Notes: generated from the letters alone by a model not told the origin. A stretch of 64,000 nt of DNA from Coriobacteriales bacterium (GCA_031263105.1 JAISGJ010000173.1:940-64939); one strand, 5' to 3'; counted from the first letter of the stretch, positions 28,788-36,882 are shown. Numbers and translations: made by a program.

Positions 28788-30047
28788 TCAGGCCCGCGTA
28801 TCCAGAAGCGCGGGATCGACCTCGAAATCCCGATAGAGCCTGACGGTGTTGCCGCCGATATCCGTCAAGCTGAAGTGCAGGGTGTAGACACCGCCCGCGC
28901 GTCTCTGGAGCAGTTCCCTGAGCTCGGCGCTCGCATCGTCTCCGACACCTGCGGCAACCGTCTCGCCGTTGGCATCGGTTATCGTCCAGGTCGCATCCCT
29001 GTCGCCGACCGACAGGCGCTCCAGCGCCACACCACGGGGATTGACATGGTTGTCGCCGTTGTCGCCTTCAAGGAACGTGATCTCGCGGCCCTTTATCCAG
29101 TCGCCTTCCACGCTGCTCGGCACCTGCTGCTGGTACGGATAAGGCCCCGGGTCTGCGTCTGGGGCCGCACGCTCTGCCTTGACGAGATCCGGGAGCACGG
29201 CCGCCCCGACGACCACGAGGGCGGCACCGAGGACACCCGCCGCGACCTTGGCCGCAAGCGCCGCATTGAGCATGCTGGCCGCCTTGACGGCGACAGGGAA
29301 CGACATGGTCTCAAAAGCCGCTGTCCATTGCCGCTCGAAATGGGCAAGGCGTTCGGCGGGGACCAGTTTGTCGGCCTGCTGCTGGAACATGCGCCCGAGC
29401 ACTGTTGTGGAAGCAAGGTTGCCGACGGTGCCGCTGCCGAGGACGCCGGTGAGAGCGGCCGGCTTCGTCTGCTCGCCCTCCGCATCGTGTTCCAGGGCGT
29501 CCTTGATCATGTCCCGCGCCCGCGAGATGTTCGAAGCAACCGCCCCCATCGACCGTCCCGTCGCGTCGGCGATCTCCTGATAGCTCATGTCCTCGTAGTA
29601 ATACATCAGTATCGCCTCGCGCCGTTTTGGCGGCAGCGCAAGGACGATCTCGTAGAGCCTGTCGCTCAGGAGCTCGTTTTCCATATACGCCTCAGGGAGG
29701 AATTCCATGTCGAGCTCCACGATCTCGTCGCGGACGGCCTCGTCGTCTATGTTCAACTCACCCCCTTGTCTGCCCCGCTTGCGCAGAAACCGATAGCACG
29801 TGTTCTGGACGATCCTCTGTATCCACGCATGGATCGCCGCCGGTGTCTTGAGTGCCCGGATATTGGTGAACATCGAGAGGATGACTTCCTGCGCGACATC
29901 CTCGGCAGCATGAAAATCCCCGAGGATCGTCAGGGCACTGAAGATGATATCCTTTTGTTTGCACCGGCACAGCTCCTCAAAAGCCTTCTTGTCGCCCCTG
30001 ATGGCTTTCCCGGCCAGCACCTCGATTTCACGTTTACCCATACCCAC
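28788..30047 (-). CDS. ECF (sigma-70 family group IV) sigma factor fused to a transmembrane helix and an extracytoplasmic C-terminal domain
   Basis: Residues 1-190 carry sigma region 2 (DVAQEVILSMF..., HAWIQRIVQN) and region 4 (ILMYYYEDMSYQEIADATGRSMGAVASNISRAR). A linker and one TM helix (AAKVAAGVLGAALVVVGAAVL) follow, then about 135 aa outside. The stop lies 53 nt upstream of the giant gene start. Confidence 0.85.
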   Translation of the reverse strand: MGMGKREIEVLAGKAIRGDKKAFEELCRCKQKDIIFSALTILGDFHAAEDVAQEVILSMFTNIRALKTPAAIHAWIQRIVQNTCYRFLRKRGRQGGELNIDDEAVRDEIVELDMEFLPEAYMENELLSDRLYEIVLALPPKRREAILMYYYEDMSYQEIADATGRSMGAVASNISRARDMIKDALEHDAEGEQTKPAALTGVLGSGTVGNLASTTVLGRMFQQQADKLVPAERLAHFERQWTAAFETMSFPVAVKAASMLNAALAAKVAAGVLGAALVVVGAAVLPDLVKAERAAPDADPGPYPYQQQVPSSVEGDWIKGREITFLEGDNGDNHVNPRGVALERLSVGDRDATWTITDANGETVAAGVGDDASAELRELLQRRAGGVYTLHFSLTDIGGNTVRLYRDFEVDPALLDTRA

Positions 30048-30189
30048 CGTATTCGCTTGTACTCTCTAAGACCCTTTTTCTTTGAAGTTTCTTGCTTCAA
30101 AAACAAAAAACACAGGTTTCTGACGGTTTGCCCCTGCCTGTTGCCATAATCCCACGGTGCCCGGCAAAACGCGAGAGTACGGGAATGGC

Positions 30190-31605
30190 TCACCGCACCT
30201 CGGTGTCGTCGGGAGAAAAGGCAGTCCCGTGGGACTCGAAGAGACGGTCGAGGTGCAGGTCCCTGCCCGTGGAGAGGTAGCGGGCCAAGGCGTGCAGCAG
30301 GAAGGCCACGGCCTCGGTGCCCTCGCGCTCCGTCTGGATGAGGACGGCCTCGCGCCTGCCGAGAATCCTCTTGGCGAGCCCGGTCAGCACGGTGCCGGGA
30401 CCGGCCTCGACGAAGACGCGCGCGCCCTCGTCGTACATCCGCTCCGTCTCCTCGACGAAGCGCACGGGGCCGACCAGATGCTCGGCGAGACGCCTTTTTA
30501 TGGCTTCTGGGTCCTCGGGGTAACGCTCGGCGGTCGTGTTGGACCAGACGGGCAGGCCTGCCTTGGAGAAGGCGACGTCCTTCAGGACCTCTGCGAACAG
30601 CCCTTCCGCCTCACGCAGGAGCGGGCTGTGGAAGGCACAGGCCACGTCCAGCCCGCTCGCGGAGACCCCTGCGGCCTCCAACCTGCCGAGGAAGGCCTCG
30701 ATGCCGGCGCTCGTCCCTGCCACGACGGTCTGTTGGGGGGCGTTGAGGTTGACCGCCCAGACGTCGCCCACCCCTGCGAGCAGGGCCGCGACCGCAGCGC
30801 CGTCCGCACGGACGGCGGCCATGCGCCCGGGGTCCGGCCCGAGGGCGGCCAAGACGGACTGCGCACGCAGGCGGCTCGTCGGCAGCAGGTCCTCGGGCGC
30901 GAGCACGCCCGCAAAGCAGAGGGCGGGCAGCTCTCCGTAGCTGTGGCCCGCGACCATGTCTGCCGCAAGGCCGAGGTCGCGCAGCAGCTCGGCGATCGCG
31001 AGGTCCACAAGGCCCAGGAGCGGCTGCGCGTTGCGCGTGTCGGTGATGGCTGCACGCTGTGCGCGCTCCTCGGCCGGGGTCTGTGCGGCAGGAGGGAAGA
31101 GCACCGGCCCGTACTCGGGAAAGGCATCGAGCAGGCGGCGCATCCGGGGGAAGGCAGCGAACAGGCCTGCGGCCATGTTCACGCGCTGGCTCCCCTGCCC
31201 CGGGAACAGGAAGGCCACCTGGCCCTCCACCGGCATCAGGGGATAGACGCCCTTGTCCTTCCGATCGTGCCGGACGGCATCGAGTGCGGCGGACAGCTCG
31301 TCCGGCCCGCCCGCGACGATGGCGTACTGGACGGGCCCGCCCTCCCCATGACGCGCGAGCCGACGGGCGAGGTCCCACAGGGCCGGATCCAGGGCGTTGT
31401 CCGCAGCCTCGACGGCGGCAGCGTCCGCCCCGGCAGCGGCGGTGCCGCCGACAGCCGCATCACAAAGGCCTCGGGCCTCGCCCATGAGCGCCTTCGCCTC
31501 CGTTGGCGTGTCGCCGCGAAAGACGAAGAGGCCCACCGGCCAAGGGCGCACGCCGTCCTGGGCCAAACGCCCAGAAGAAGCGGTATCCGGGAAATCCATG
31601 GTCAT
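30190..31605 (-). CDS. stand-alone PKS/FabD-type acyltransferase domain protein
   Basis: Has FLFPGQGSQ, the active-site GHSYGE, NAPQQTVVAG, AFHSPLL and GPVRFVE. About 135 aa of non-catalytic N-terminal region. No ACP, KS or other lipid/PKS genes in the window. Confidence 0.85.
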   Translation of the reverse strand: MTMDFPDTASSGRLAQDGVRPWPVGLFVFRGDTPTEAKALMGEARGLCDAAVGGTAAAGADAAAVEAADNALDPALWDLARRLARHGEGGPVQYAIVAGGPDELSAALDAVRHDRKDKGVYPLMPVEGQVAFLFPGQGSQRVNMAAGLFAAFPRMRRLLDAFPEYGPVLFPPAAQTPAEERAQRAAITDTRNAQPLLGLVDLAIAELLRDLGLAADMVAGHSYGELPALCFAGVLAPEDLLPTSRLRAQSVLAALGPDPGRMAAVRADGAAVAALLAGVGDVWAVNLNAPQQTVVAGTSAGIEAFLGRLEAAGVSASGLDVACAFHSPLLREAEGLFAEVLKDVAFSKAGLPVWSNTTAERYPEDPEAIKRRLAEHLVGPVRFVEETERMYDEGARVFVEAGPGTVLTGLAKRILGRREAVLIQTEREGTEAVAFLLHALARYLSTGRDLHLDRLFESHGTAFSPDDTEVR

Positions 31606-31639
31606 GTCGTATGCGTCGTGTGCGATGGGTGCCCGAGGC

Positions 31640-32275
31640 TCAGCCCAGAAGCCCTTGGGCCTTCTCCTCTATCAGGTCGTACCTGAAGTTCGTCAGGTGC
31701 TCCCGGAGAACCTCGACCAGGCGGGGGTCGGAGCGGTAGCGCAGGGCGTCCATCTCCTTGATGATGCGCTCCATCGCCTCCACGTCGAAACGTTGGGTCG
31801 CGTCGAGCAGCTTGCGCAGACGGCCGGGGTCGGGCGCATCCGTCTCCGGTCGCGTGTCGGTACCTGCGGCCTCGTCGGCCTCGACCTTGTCCACCAGGCC
31901 TTGGAGCTTTGCTATCAGCTCACGGACGTGGGCGATGACCGCCGGGTTGCCGCGTTGCACGGCGTCCCAGTCGGATGCCTTCGAGGCGATCTCGAGCTCC
32001 TTCGCCTCGTCGCCGAGGGCAATGGCGCTGATGCCGTAACAGCTTCCCTTCAGACCGTGTATCCGCACCGCATAGGCGTCCAAGGCATCCGGTGTCACGG
32101 CGGCAAGCTCCTCGAGCGACTCGGGCGTGTTCTTGATATAGGACTTCACGATACGGAGATAGATCGAGGGCTGGTTCCCGAAACGGGTAAGCCCGTCGGC
32201 GTAGTCGACGCCTTCTATCGGGTTCTCCTCGAATATCTTGAGTATCTGTTCTTTTGATAAAGCCATAGCGGACAT
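31640..32275 (-). CDS. histidine phosphotransfer (HPt) domain protein
   Basis: The phospho-accepting motif RIHGLKGSCYGISA sits in a four-helix context. 211 aa. Confidence 0.8.
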   Translation of the reverse strand: MSAMALSKEQILKIFEENPIEGVDYADGLTRFGNQPSIYLRIVKSYIKNTPESLEELAAVTPDALDAYAVRIHGLKGSCYGISAIALGDEAKELEIASKASDWDAVQRGNPAVIAHVRELIAKLQGLVDKVEADEAAGTDTRPETDAPDPGRLRKLLDATQRFDVEAMERIIKEMDALRYRSDPRLVEVLREHLTNFRYDLIEEKAQGLLG

Positions 32276-32292
32276 CTCCTGACTGATCCCTG

Positions 32293-33453
32293 CTAATCCT
32301 TGTCAGCAGGCGCGCGTTCTGCCACAGCTCCCATGATAAGGTCAAGTTCCGGTGTTGGCAACTGCTCGATGTCGCGGTTCGCCGTCACGATCTGGGCGAA
32401 CTCCTCCTCATGGCGCTTCACGACCTCCGTGAGGTAGGGGTCGAAATGCTTTCCTGCATCCGAATAGATGAGGTCGAAGGCGTCCCGGGGCTTCCAGGCG
32501 TTCTTGTAGGGCCGCGAGGACGTCAGGGCATCGAAGACGTCCGCCACTGCGGCGATGCGGGCGCTCAGCGGGATCTTGTCGCCCTTGGCCCCGTTGGGAT
32601 AACCCGAGCCGTCCCATTTCTCATGGTGGCCATAGACGATCTCGAAGGCGGTCCAGAGCAGGGAGTCCTCGCCCATCTTCTCGATGGCCTGGCTCAGCAT
32701 CTTCGAACCGTAGATGGGATGGGTCTTGATGATGTCGAACTCCTCCTTCGTGAGCTTCCCGGGCTTGAGGAGGACGTTGTCGGGCATGGCGAGCTTGCCC
32801 AGGTCGTGCAGTTTGACCGCGTCGACGATGTCGCGGCCGTATTGTTCCGAGAGCTCGTATCCCGGCGTGGGGTTGGCCAACAGGTCGCCCACTATCACGT
32901 CGGTGAACAGCACGACGCGCTCGATGTGCGCACCGGTCTCGTGATCGCGCATGTCCGAGGCCTTCGCGAGCAGGTCGAGGGTGACCTTGTCGCGCTGCGC
33001 GAGCTTCTGGTTGGCGGAACGCAGCTCCTCGGTCTGTAGCTCGACAAGCCTCTCAAGGGCGTAGCGGTAGTTGTAGAGCTCGAGCTGGAGACGGACACGG
33101 GTGAGGAGCGATCCGGGCCTGAAGGGCTTGAGCAGGTAGTCCATGGCCCCTATCTGCAACGCACGGACCTCGTCCTCGCTGTCCACCGAGCCGGTCAGGA
33201 AGATGACAGGGATGCTCCGTGTGGCCGGGTCGCTCTGCAACACCTTCAGCACCTCGATGCCGGTCATGCTGGGCATGTTGTGGTCGAGGAGTATGAGGTC
33301 CGCGTGGTTGTCCTTCAAAAAGGAGATCGCCGCCTCGCCTGACGTGAAAGGCCGCACCGTATAGTCGTGCTTGAGGACCTCGAGAACGGCATTGAGGATA
33401 ATCGGATCGTCGTCGACGGTGAGGATAACCGCTTTGTCTTTGCTGCCTGTCAT
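32293..33453 (-). CDS. two-component response regulator, REC + HD-GYP (RpfG-like c-di-GMP phosphodiesterase)
   Basis: Receiver domain (ILTVDDDPIILN, LILLDHNMPSMTG, LLKP) followed by HDLGKLAMP ... HHEKWDGSGYPNG ... VADVFDALTSSRPYK. Confidence 0.9.
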   Translation of the reverse strand: MTGSKDKAVILTVDDDPIILNAVLEVLKHDYTVRPFTSGEAAISFLKDNHADLILLDHNMPSMTGIEVLKVLQSDPATRSIPVIFLTGSVDSEDEVRALQIGAMDYLLKPFRPGSLLTRVRLQLELYNYRYALERLVELQTEELRSANQKLAQRDKVTLDLLAKASDMRDHETGAHIERVVLFTDVIVGDLLANPTPGYELSEQYGRDIVDAVKLHDLGKLAMPDNVLLKPGKLTKEEFDIIKTHPIYGSKMLSQAIEKMGEDSLLWTAFEIVYGHHEKWDGSGYPNGAKGDKIPLSARIAAVADVFDALTSSRPYKNAWKPRDAFDLIYSDAGKHFDPYLTEVVKRHEEEFAQIVTANRDIEQLPTPELDLIMGAVAERAPADKD

Positions 33454-33503
33454 GGAGAATTGCTATCCCTTCGCTTAGACAACCGTCAGACCTCGCACCA
33501 AGG

Positions 33504-33607
33504 CAGGAACGACCCGTCGTCGTTCCCGTCGTCTTACTAAGGGCGACCCGTCGTCGCTCCTATGATCCTGTATAAGGGCGACCCGCCGTCGCTCTTATCG
33601 TCCTGCG
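33504..33607. repeat. three tandem ~34-35-bp repeats (core CGACCCGYCGTCGYTC)
   Basis: Copies at 33504-33537, 33538-33572 and 33573-33607. Copies 2 and 3 are 29/35 identical. They lie between the UPF0104 stop and the REC-HD-GYP start. Confidence 0.75.
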
Positions 33608-33612
33608 GGACA

Positions 33613-34785
33613 TTATACCCTTGTCATAGCCGATTCTGCGCCACAAATCAGTATACGAGGTATTGCACCGATTGAACACCCCACACAAAACGGATGCCGG
33701 AACGGGGGGGGGGGGGGGGGTAACCCCACCGTGGGGCGCTTGCCCTTGGGGGCGGCGGCGCCCCGGCGAGGGCGGCGGCGCGCGAAGCTGCCCGTGCGGT
33801 GGATGAGCACCGCCCCGATGGCAAAGGGCATCCAGAAGACGATGCCCCGGTAGGTCAGGGCGACGGCGGTTGCCACGGTCATGTTCACCCGTGACGCGGC
33901 AAGGGCGACGACGAGCATCGCCTCGACCACGCCGACCCCCTGCGGGGTTATCGCCACCCAGGAGAAGAGCGTGGCCACCACATAGCCGCCGACGAGCACG
34001 GGGGCGGCCGTCAGGCCGAATGCCATCCCCACCAGACAGAAGCATCCAAGCTCGCAGGTGCTCGCAAGGACGGAGAGGGCAAGGACCTTCAGGGCCTGGC
34101 GGGGCGCCTCGCGTATCCTGCCTGCGGCCTCGGAAAAGGAGTCCGTGACCTGTTGCGCCCACGGGCCGGGCGCCTTGCCCTTGCGGATGCGCCGGGAGAT
34201 GCGGCCGACCAGGCGCTCGATGGGGAGAAGGAGGCCGACAAGGGCGTCGGGGTTGCGGTAGCCGATATACATGACGGCGACCATCACGCCCACGAAGAAC
34301 ACTATCACCATGCCGAGCAGGAACCAGACCGGCGAGAGGCGCCCCGCCACCTGCAGGACGGTGAAACCGACGACCATGATGACGATGAAGCCGGATATGA
34401 CCGAGATCTGCATGAGGAGGGCGGCGCTGGTCGCACGGCCGGCAGGGACGCCGCGCTTGCGGGCCGAGTCGATGACGAGCATGACGCCTGCGGTGTTGAA
34501 GGAAGGCGCGATGACGTTCATGAAGTAGGAGCCGAACACGAGCGGGAGCATCTCGCGGGAGCCGGTGCCGCGCTCGCCGACGACCCGGAACGCGGTCGCG
34601 TAGGCGTAGGCCTGGCTGAGGTACTTGCCGAACTGCGCCAGGACGGCGGCCACGAGCGGGAGAAGGCTGCCCCCCTCCATGGTCGCAAGCAGCTCCTTGA
34701 TCTGGTCGCCGCGCAGCCAGATGACCGCCAGGGCGACGACGATCAGCACGCCGACGAGGAGTATGCGGACGCTGCCCCGTTGCAC
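33613..34785 (-). CDS. UPF0104 / lysylphosphatidylglycerol-synthase-TM-region family membrane protein (flippase-like)
   Basis: About 8 TM helices and a family-typical N-terminus (RILLVGVLIVVALAVIWLRGD...LLPLVAAVLAQFGKYLSQAYAY). GTG start 4 nt after the upstream stop. The C-terminal tail crosses a C17 tract. Confidence 0.8.
   Translation of the reverse strand: MQRGSVRILLVGVLIVVALAVIWLRGDQIKELLATMEGGSLLPLVAAVLAQFGKYLSQAYAYATAFRVVGERGTGSREMLPLVFGSYFMNVIAPSFNTAGVMLVIDSARKRGVPAGRATSAALLMQISVISGFIVIMVVGFTVLQVAGRLSPVWFLLGMVIVFFVGVMVAVMYIGYRNPDALVGLLLPIERLVGRISRRIRKGKAPGPWAQQVTDSFSEAAGRIREAPRQALKVLALSVLASTCELGCFCLVGMAFGLTAAPVLVGGYVVATLFSWVAITPQGVGVVEAMLVVALAASRVNMTVATAVALTYRGIVFWMPFAIGAVLIHRTGSFARRRPRRGAAAPKGKRPTVGLPPPPPPFRHPFCVGCSIGAIPRILICGAESAMTRV
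33704..33720. repeat. G17 (coding-strand C17) homopolymer tract inside the 3' end of the UPF0104 gene
   Basis: 17 consecutive G, translated as LPPPPPP. Lies about 30 codons before the stop. Confidence 0.9.
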
Positions 34786-34789
34786 GACG

Positions 34790-35590
34790 CTAGGAGGACG
34801 GGCCGAAGTCGATGACCCCGAGGCCGACGAGCAGGCCGACGAAGACCGCCTGGAGGACGACCAGGGCGACGAGTATCAGGATGAACGCCTGTCTGCTGAT
34901 GCGCTCGCTGCGGGGCGGGGCGCCTTTGGGCCGATCGGCGTCGTCGGAGACGGTGTCGTCGGGGGCAGGGGCGTCGTCGGCGTCGTCCGAAGCGGGAGCG
35001 GCATCGGGAAGCGGGGACGGAGTTTCGTCCTCGTCCTCGTCCTCGTCCCCGTCCTCGTCCTCGTCCTCGTCCTCGTCCCCGTCAGGGGTTTCGTCCTCAT
35101 CAGGGGTTTCATCCGGCATCTCGTCCTCGTCCGGCACCTCGCCTTCGTCCGGCGCCTCGCCTTCGTCCGGCGCCTCGTCCGGCATCTCGTCGGGGGCCTC
35201 GTCGGGAACCTTGTCAGGGGCCTCGTCCGGCACCTCGTCGGAAGGCGGGGGCAAGGCCGTCTTCGGGCTGGCCCCGAGTATGGGCAGGGATGCAGGGACG
35301 GTGATCACCCGAGGGGGCAGAGGCACCACCTCAGGCGCGGGTTCGGGCGCGGGCGCGGACCCGGGAGCTGGAGGGGGAACAGGGGCAGCCTCGGGCTCGG
35401 GCGCAGGTTCGGGGTCGGATGCCGGCCCGGGCGCCGGCTCGAAGGTAAGGCCCGCCAGGAACTCGAAGATGTTGGATTGGGCAGGGACGCCCGTCCCCTC
35501 GGACACACCGGACGGGGAGGCATCCTGCCCGAGCGGGCCGGGGGCGGGACCGTCGCGTCCCGCTTGGTCATCGGCTTTCGGCTTCGCCAT
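34790..35590 (-). CDS. acidic Pro/Asp/Glu low-complexity protein with a single C-terminal TM helix (tail-anchored)
   Basis: SD GAGGGA 4 nt before the ATG. Contains repeats such as DEVPDEAPDKVPDEAPDEMPDEAPDEGEAPDEGEVPDEDE and a (DE)n run, with the C-terminal helix FILILVALVVLQAVFVGLLVGLGV. No recognisable family. Confidence 0.6.
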   Translation of the reverse strand: MAKPKADDQAGRDGPAPGPLGQDASPSGVSEGTGVPAQSNIFEFLAGLTFEPAPGPASDPEPAPEPEAAPVPPPAPGSAPAPEPAPEVVPLPPRVITVPASLPILGASPKTALPPPSDEVPDEAPDKVPDEAPDEMPDEAPDEGEAPDEGEVPDEDEMPDETPDEDETPDGDEDEDEDEDGDEDEDEDETPSPLPDAAPASDDADDAPAPDDTVSDDADRPKGAPPRSERISRQAFILILVALVVLQAVFVGLLVGLGVIDFGPSS

Positions 35591-35711
35591 ACGATCCCTC
35601 TTCTGAAGCGCCGTCGGGGTCTTTCCGTTACTGCAACGGCTTACATTCTACTCTACCTTGCTTCCCAAGGGAGACGATGGGCAGTCATCGTCTCCCGCAG
35701 GAGAAGGAAAG

Positions 35712-35878
35712 CCGTTACTGTTCACTCCCCCTATTGTCATTCCGAGCCTCGCGAGGAATCTTCGGCTGCGAAGCAGCCGAGCGCGGGCCGAAGCGCTTTC
35801 TGGCCGCAGTCGACCGCTTGCGCGGTCGAGGATCCCTCGGCAGGCTCGGGATGACAATAGGGGGAGTGAACAGTAACG
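35712..35878. repeat. copy of the dispersed inverted-repeat element with perfect 36-bp termini and AAAG flanking duplication
   Basis: CCGTTACTGTTCACTCCCCCTATTGTCATTCCGAGC ... GCTCGGGATGACAATAGGGGGAGTGAACAGTAACGG. AAAG is present on both flanks. Lies inside the 3' end of the ribF ORF. Confidence 0.85.
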
Positions 35879-36882
35879 GAAAGCCGGGCCGTCTGCCCGA
35901 TATCGGCCTGCACGGTGCGCTTGAGCTCGTCGATGCCGGAGAACGCCTGCATGGGACGGAGGTACTCGACAAAGGAGACCTTGAGCCTGCGCCCATAGAG
36001 GTCCCCCTCGAAGTCGAGCAGGTGCGCCTCGATGGTCGCGGACGCCCCCGCGAAGGTCGCGGGCACGCCGACGGATATGGCGGCACGGTAGCGCTCGTCG
36101 CCCAGTTCGGCCACGCCGGCGTACACGCCGTCCGCCGGCCGCACAAGCCTCTCCTCGAGCTCGAGGTTCGCCGTGGGGAAGCCGAGACGCCTCCCCATGT
36201 TGCGGCCCGCCGTCACCCGTGCCCACAGGAAGTGCGGACGCGTGAGCAGCTGGTTGGCAAGTGCCAGCTCGCCGGTCTCCAGGGCGTCACGGATGCGCGT
36301 CGAGGTCACCGGCAGCCCCTCGTCGGTAAGCAGCCTGTGGGAGAACACCGCGCAGTCGCGGTCGGCGCCCCAGAGCCTCAGGTCGTCGACCGTGCCCCTC
36401 GCCCGATGGCCGAAGCGGAAGTCCGCCCCCACGTGTATGCCGCGCGGGATGCCGTGGGCGGCGATGACCGCGTTGAGGAAGTCGAGCGGGGCCTTCGACG
36501 CAAGCAGGGCATCGAAGGGGACGACGAGGACGGCGTCCACCCCGCTTTCCGCGAGCATCCCGATGCGGTCCTCGTTGACGAGGAGCTTGCGCTGGGCGGC
36601 CGCATCGAGGAAGAACTCGTCCGGATCCCTGTCGAAGGTGATGGCGACGGCAGCCGCCCCTACACGGCGTGCCTGCGCGACCGCCTCGCCGAGAAGGAAG
36701 CGGTGCCCCTCGTGGACGCCGTCGAAGACGCCTATCGCACAGACGATTGCGCCGAGGGCCGAGTCGGCGGCAAGGGGGATGACCGGTGCGGCCTGCCCTG
36801 GCCCTCGGCCAGCGGCACCCTCGTCGGCGAGCGCCTTGCGGAAAGGGCGGTCGTTGTTATCTGGCACGCTCGTCTTCCTCAT
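35737..36882 (-). CDS. ribF: bifunctional riboflavin kinase / FMN adenylyltransferase RibF (last ~46 codons encoded by the repeat element)
   Basis: GVFDGVHEGHRFLL, the FPTANL kinase motif and a C-terminal FSGIDELKRTVQADI. ATG 36882 overlaps the truB end (alternative GTG 36867). No stop codon until 35737, inside the element. Confidence 0.88.
   Translation of the reverse strand: MRKTSVPDNNDRPFRKALADEGAAGRGPGQAAPVIPLAADSALGAIVCAIGVFDGVHEGHRFLLGEAVAQARRVGAAAVAITFDRDPDEFFLDAAAQRKLLVNEDRIGMLAESGVDAVLVVPFDALLASKAPLDFLNAVIAAHGIPRGIHVGADFRFGHRARGTVDDLRLWGADRDCAVFSHRLLTDEGLPVTSTRIRDALETGELALANQLLTRPHFLWARVTAGRNMGRRLGFPTANLELEERLVRPADGVYAGVAELGDERYRAAISVGVPATFAGASATIEAHLLDFEGDLYGRRLKVSFVEYLRPMQAFSGIDELKRTVQADIGQTARLSVTVHSPYCHPEPAEGSSTAQAVDCGQKALRPALGCFAAEDSSRGSE

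Noticed and set aside
30075-30100. Hairpin TTGAAG-N7-CTTCAA in the AT-rich gap upstream of the ECF sigma gene as a terminator of the acyltransferase gene
   Set aside because: On the transcribed (minus) strand the T-run precedes rather than follows the stem, and the stem is only 6 bp. A candidate ECF promoter GGCAAC-N14-CGTC nearby has the wrong spacer length.
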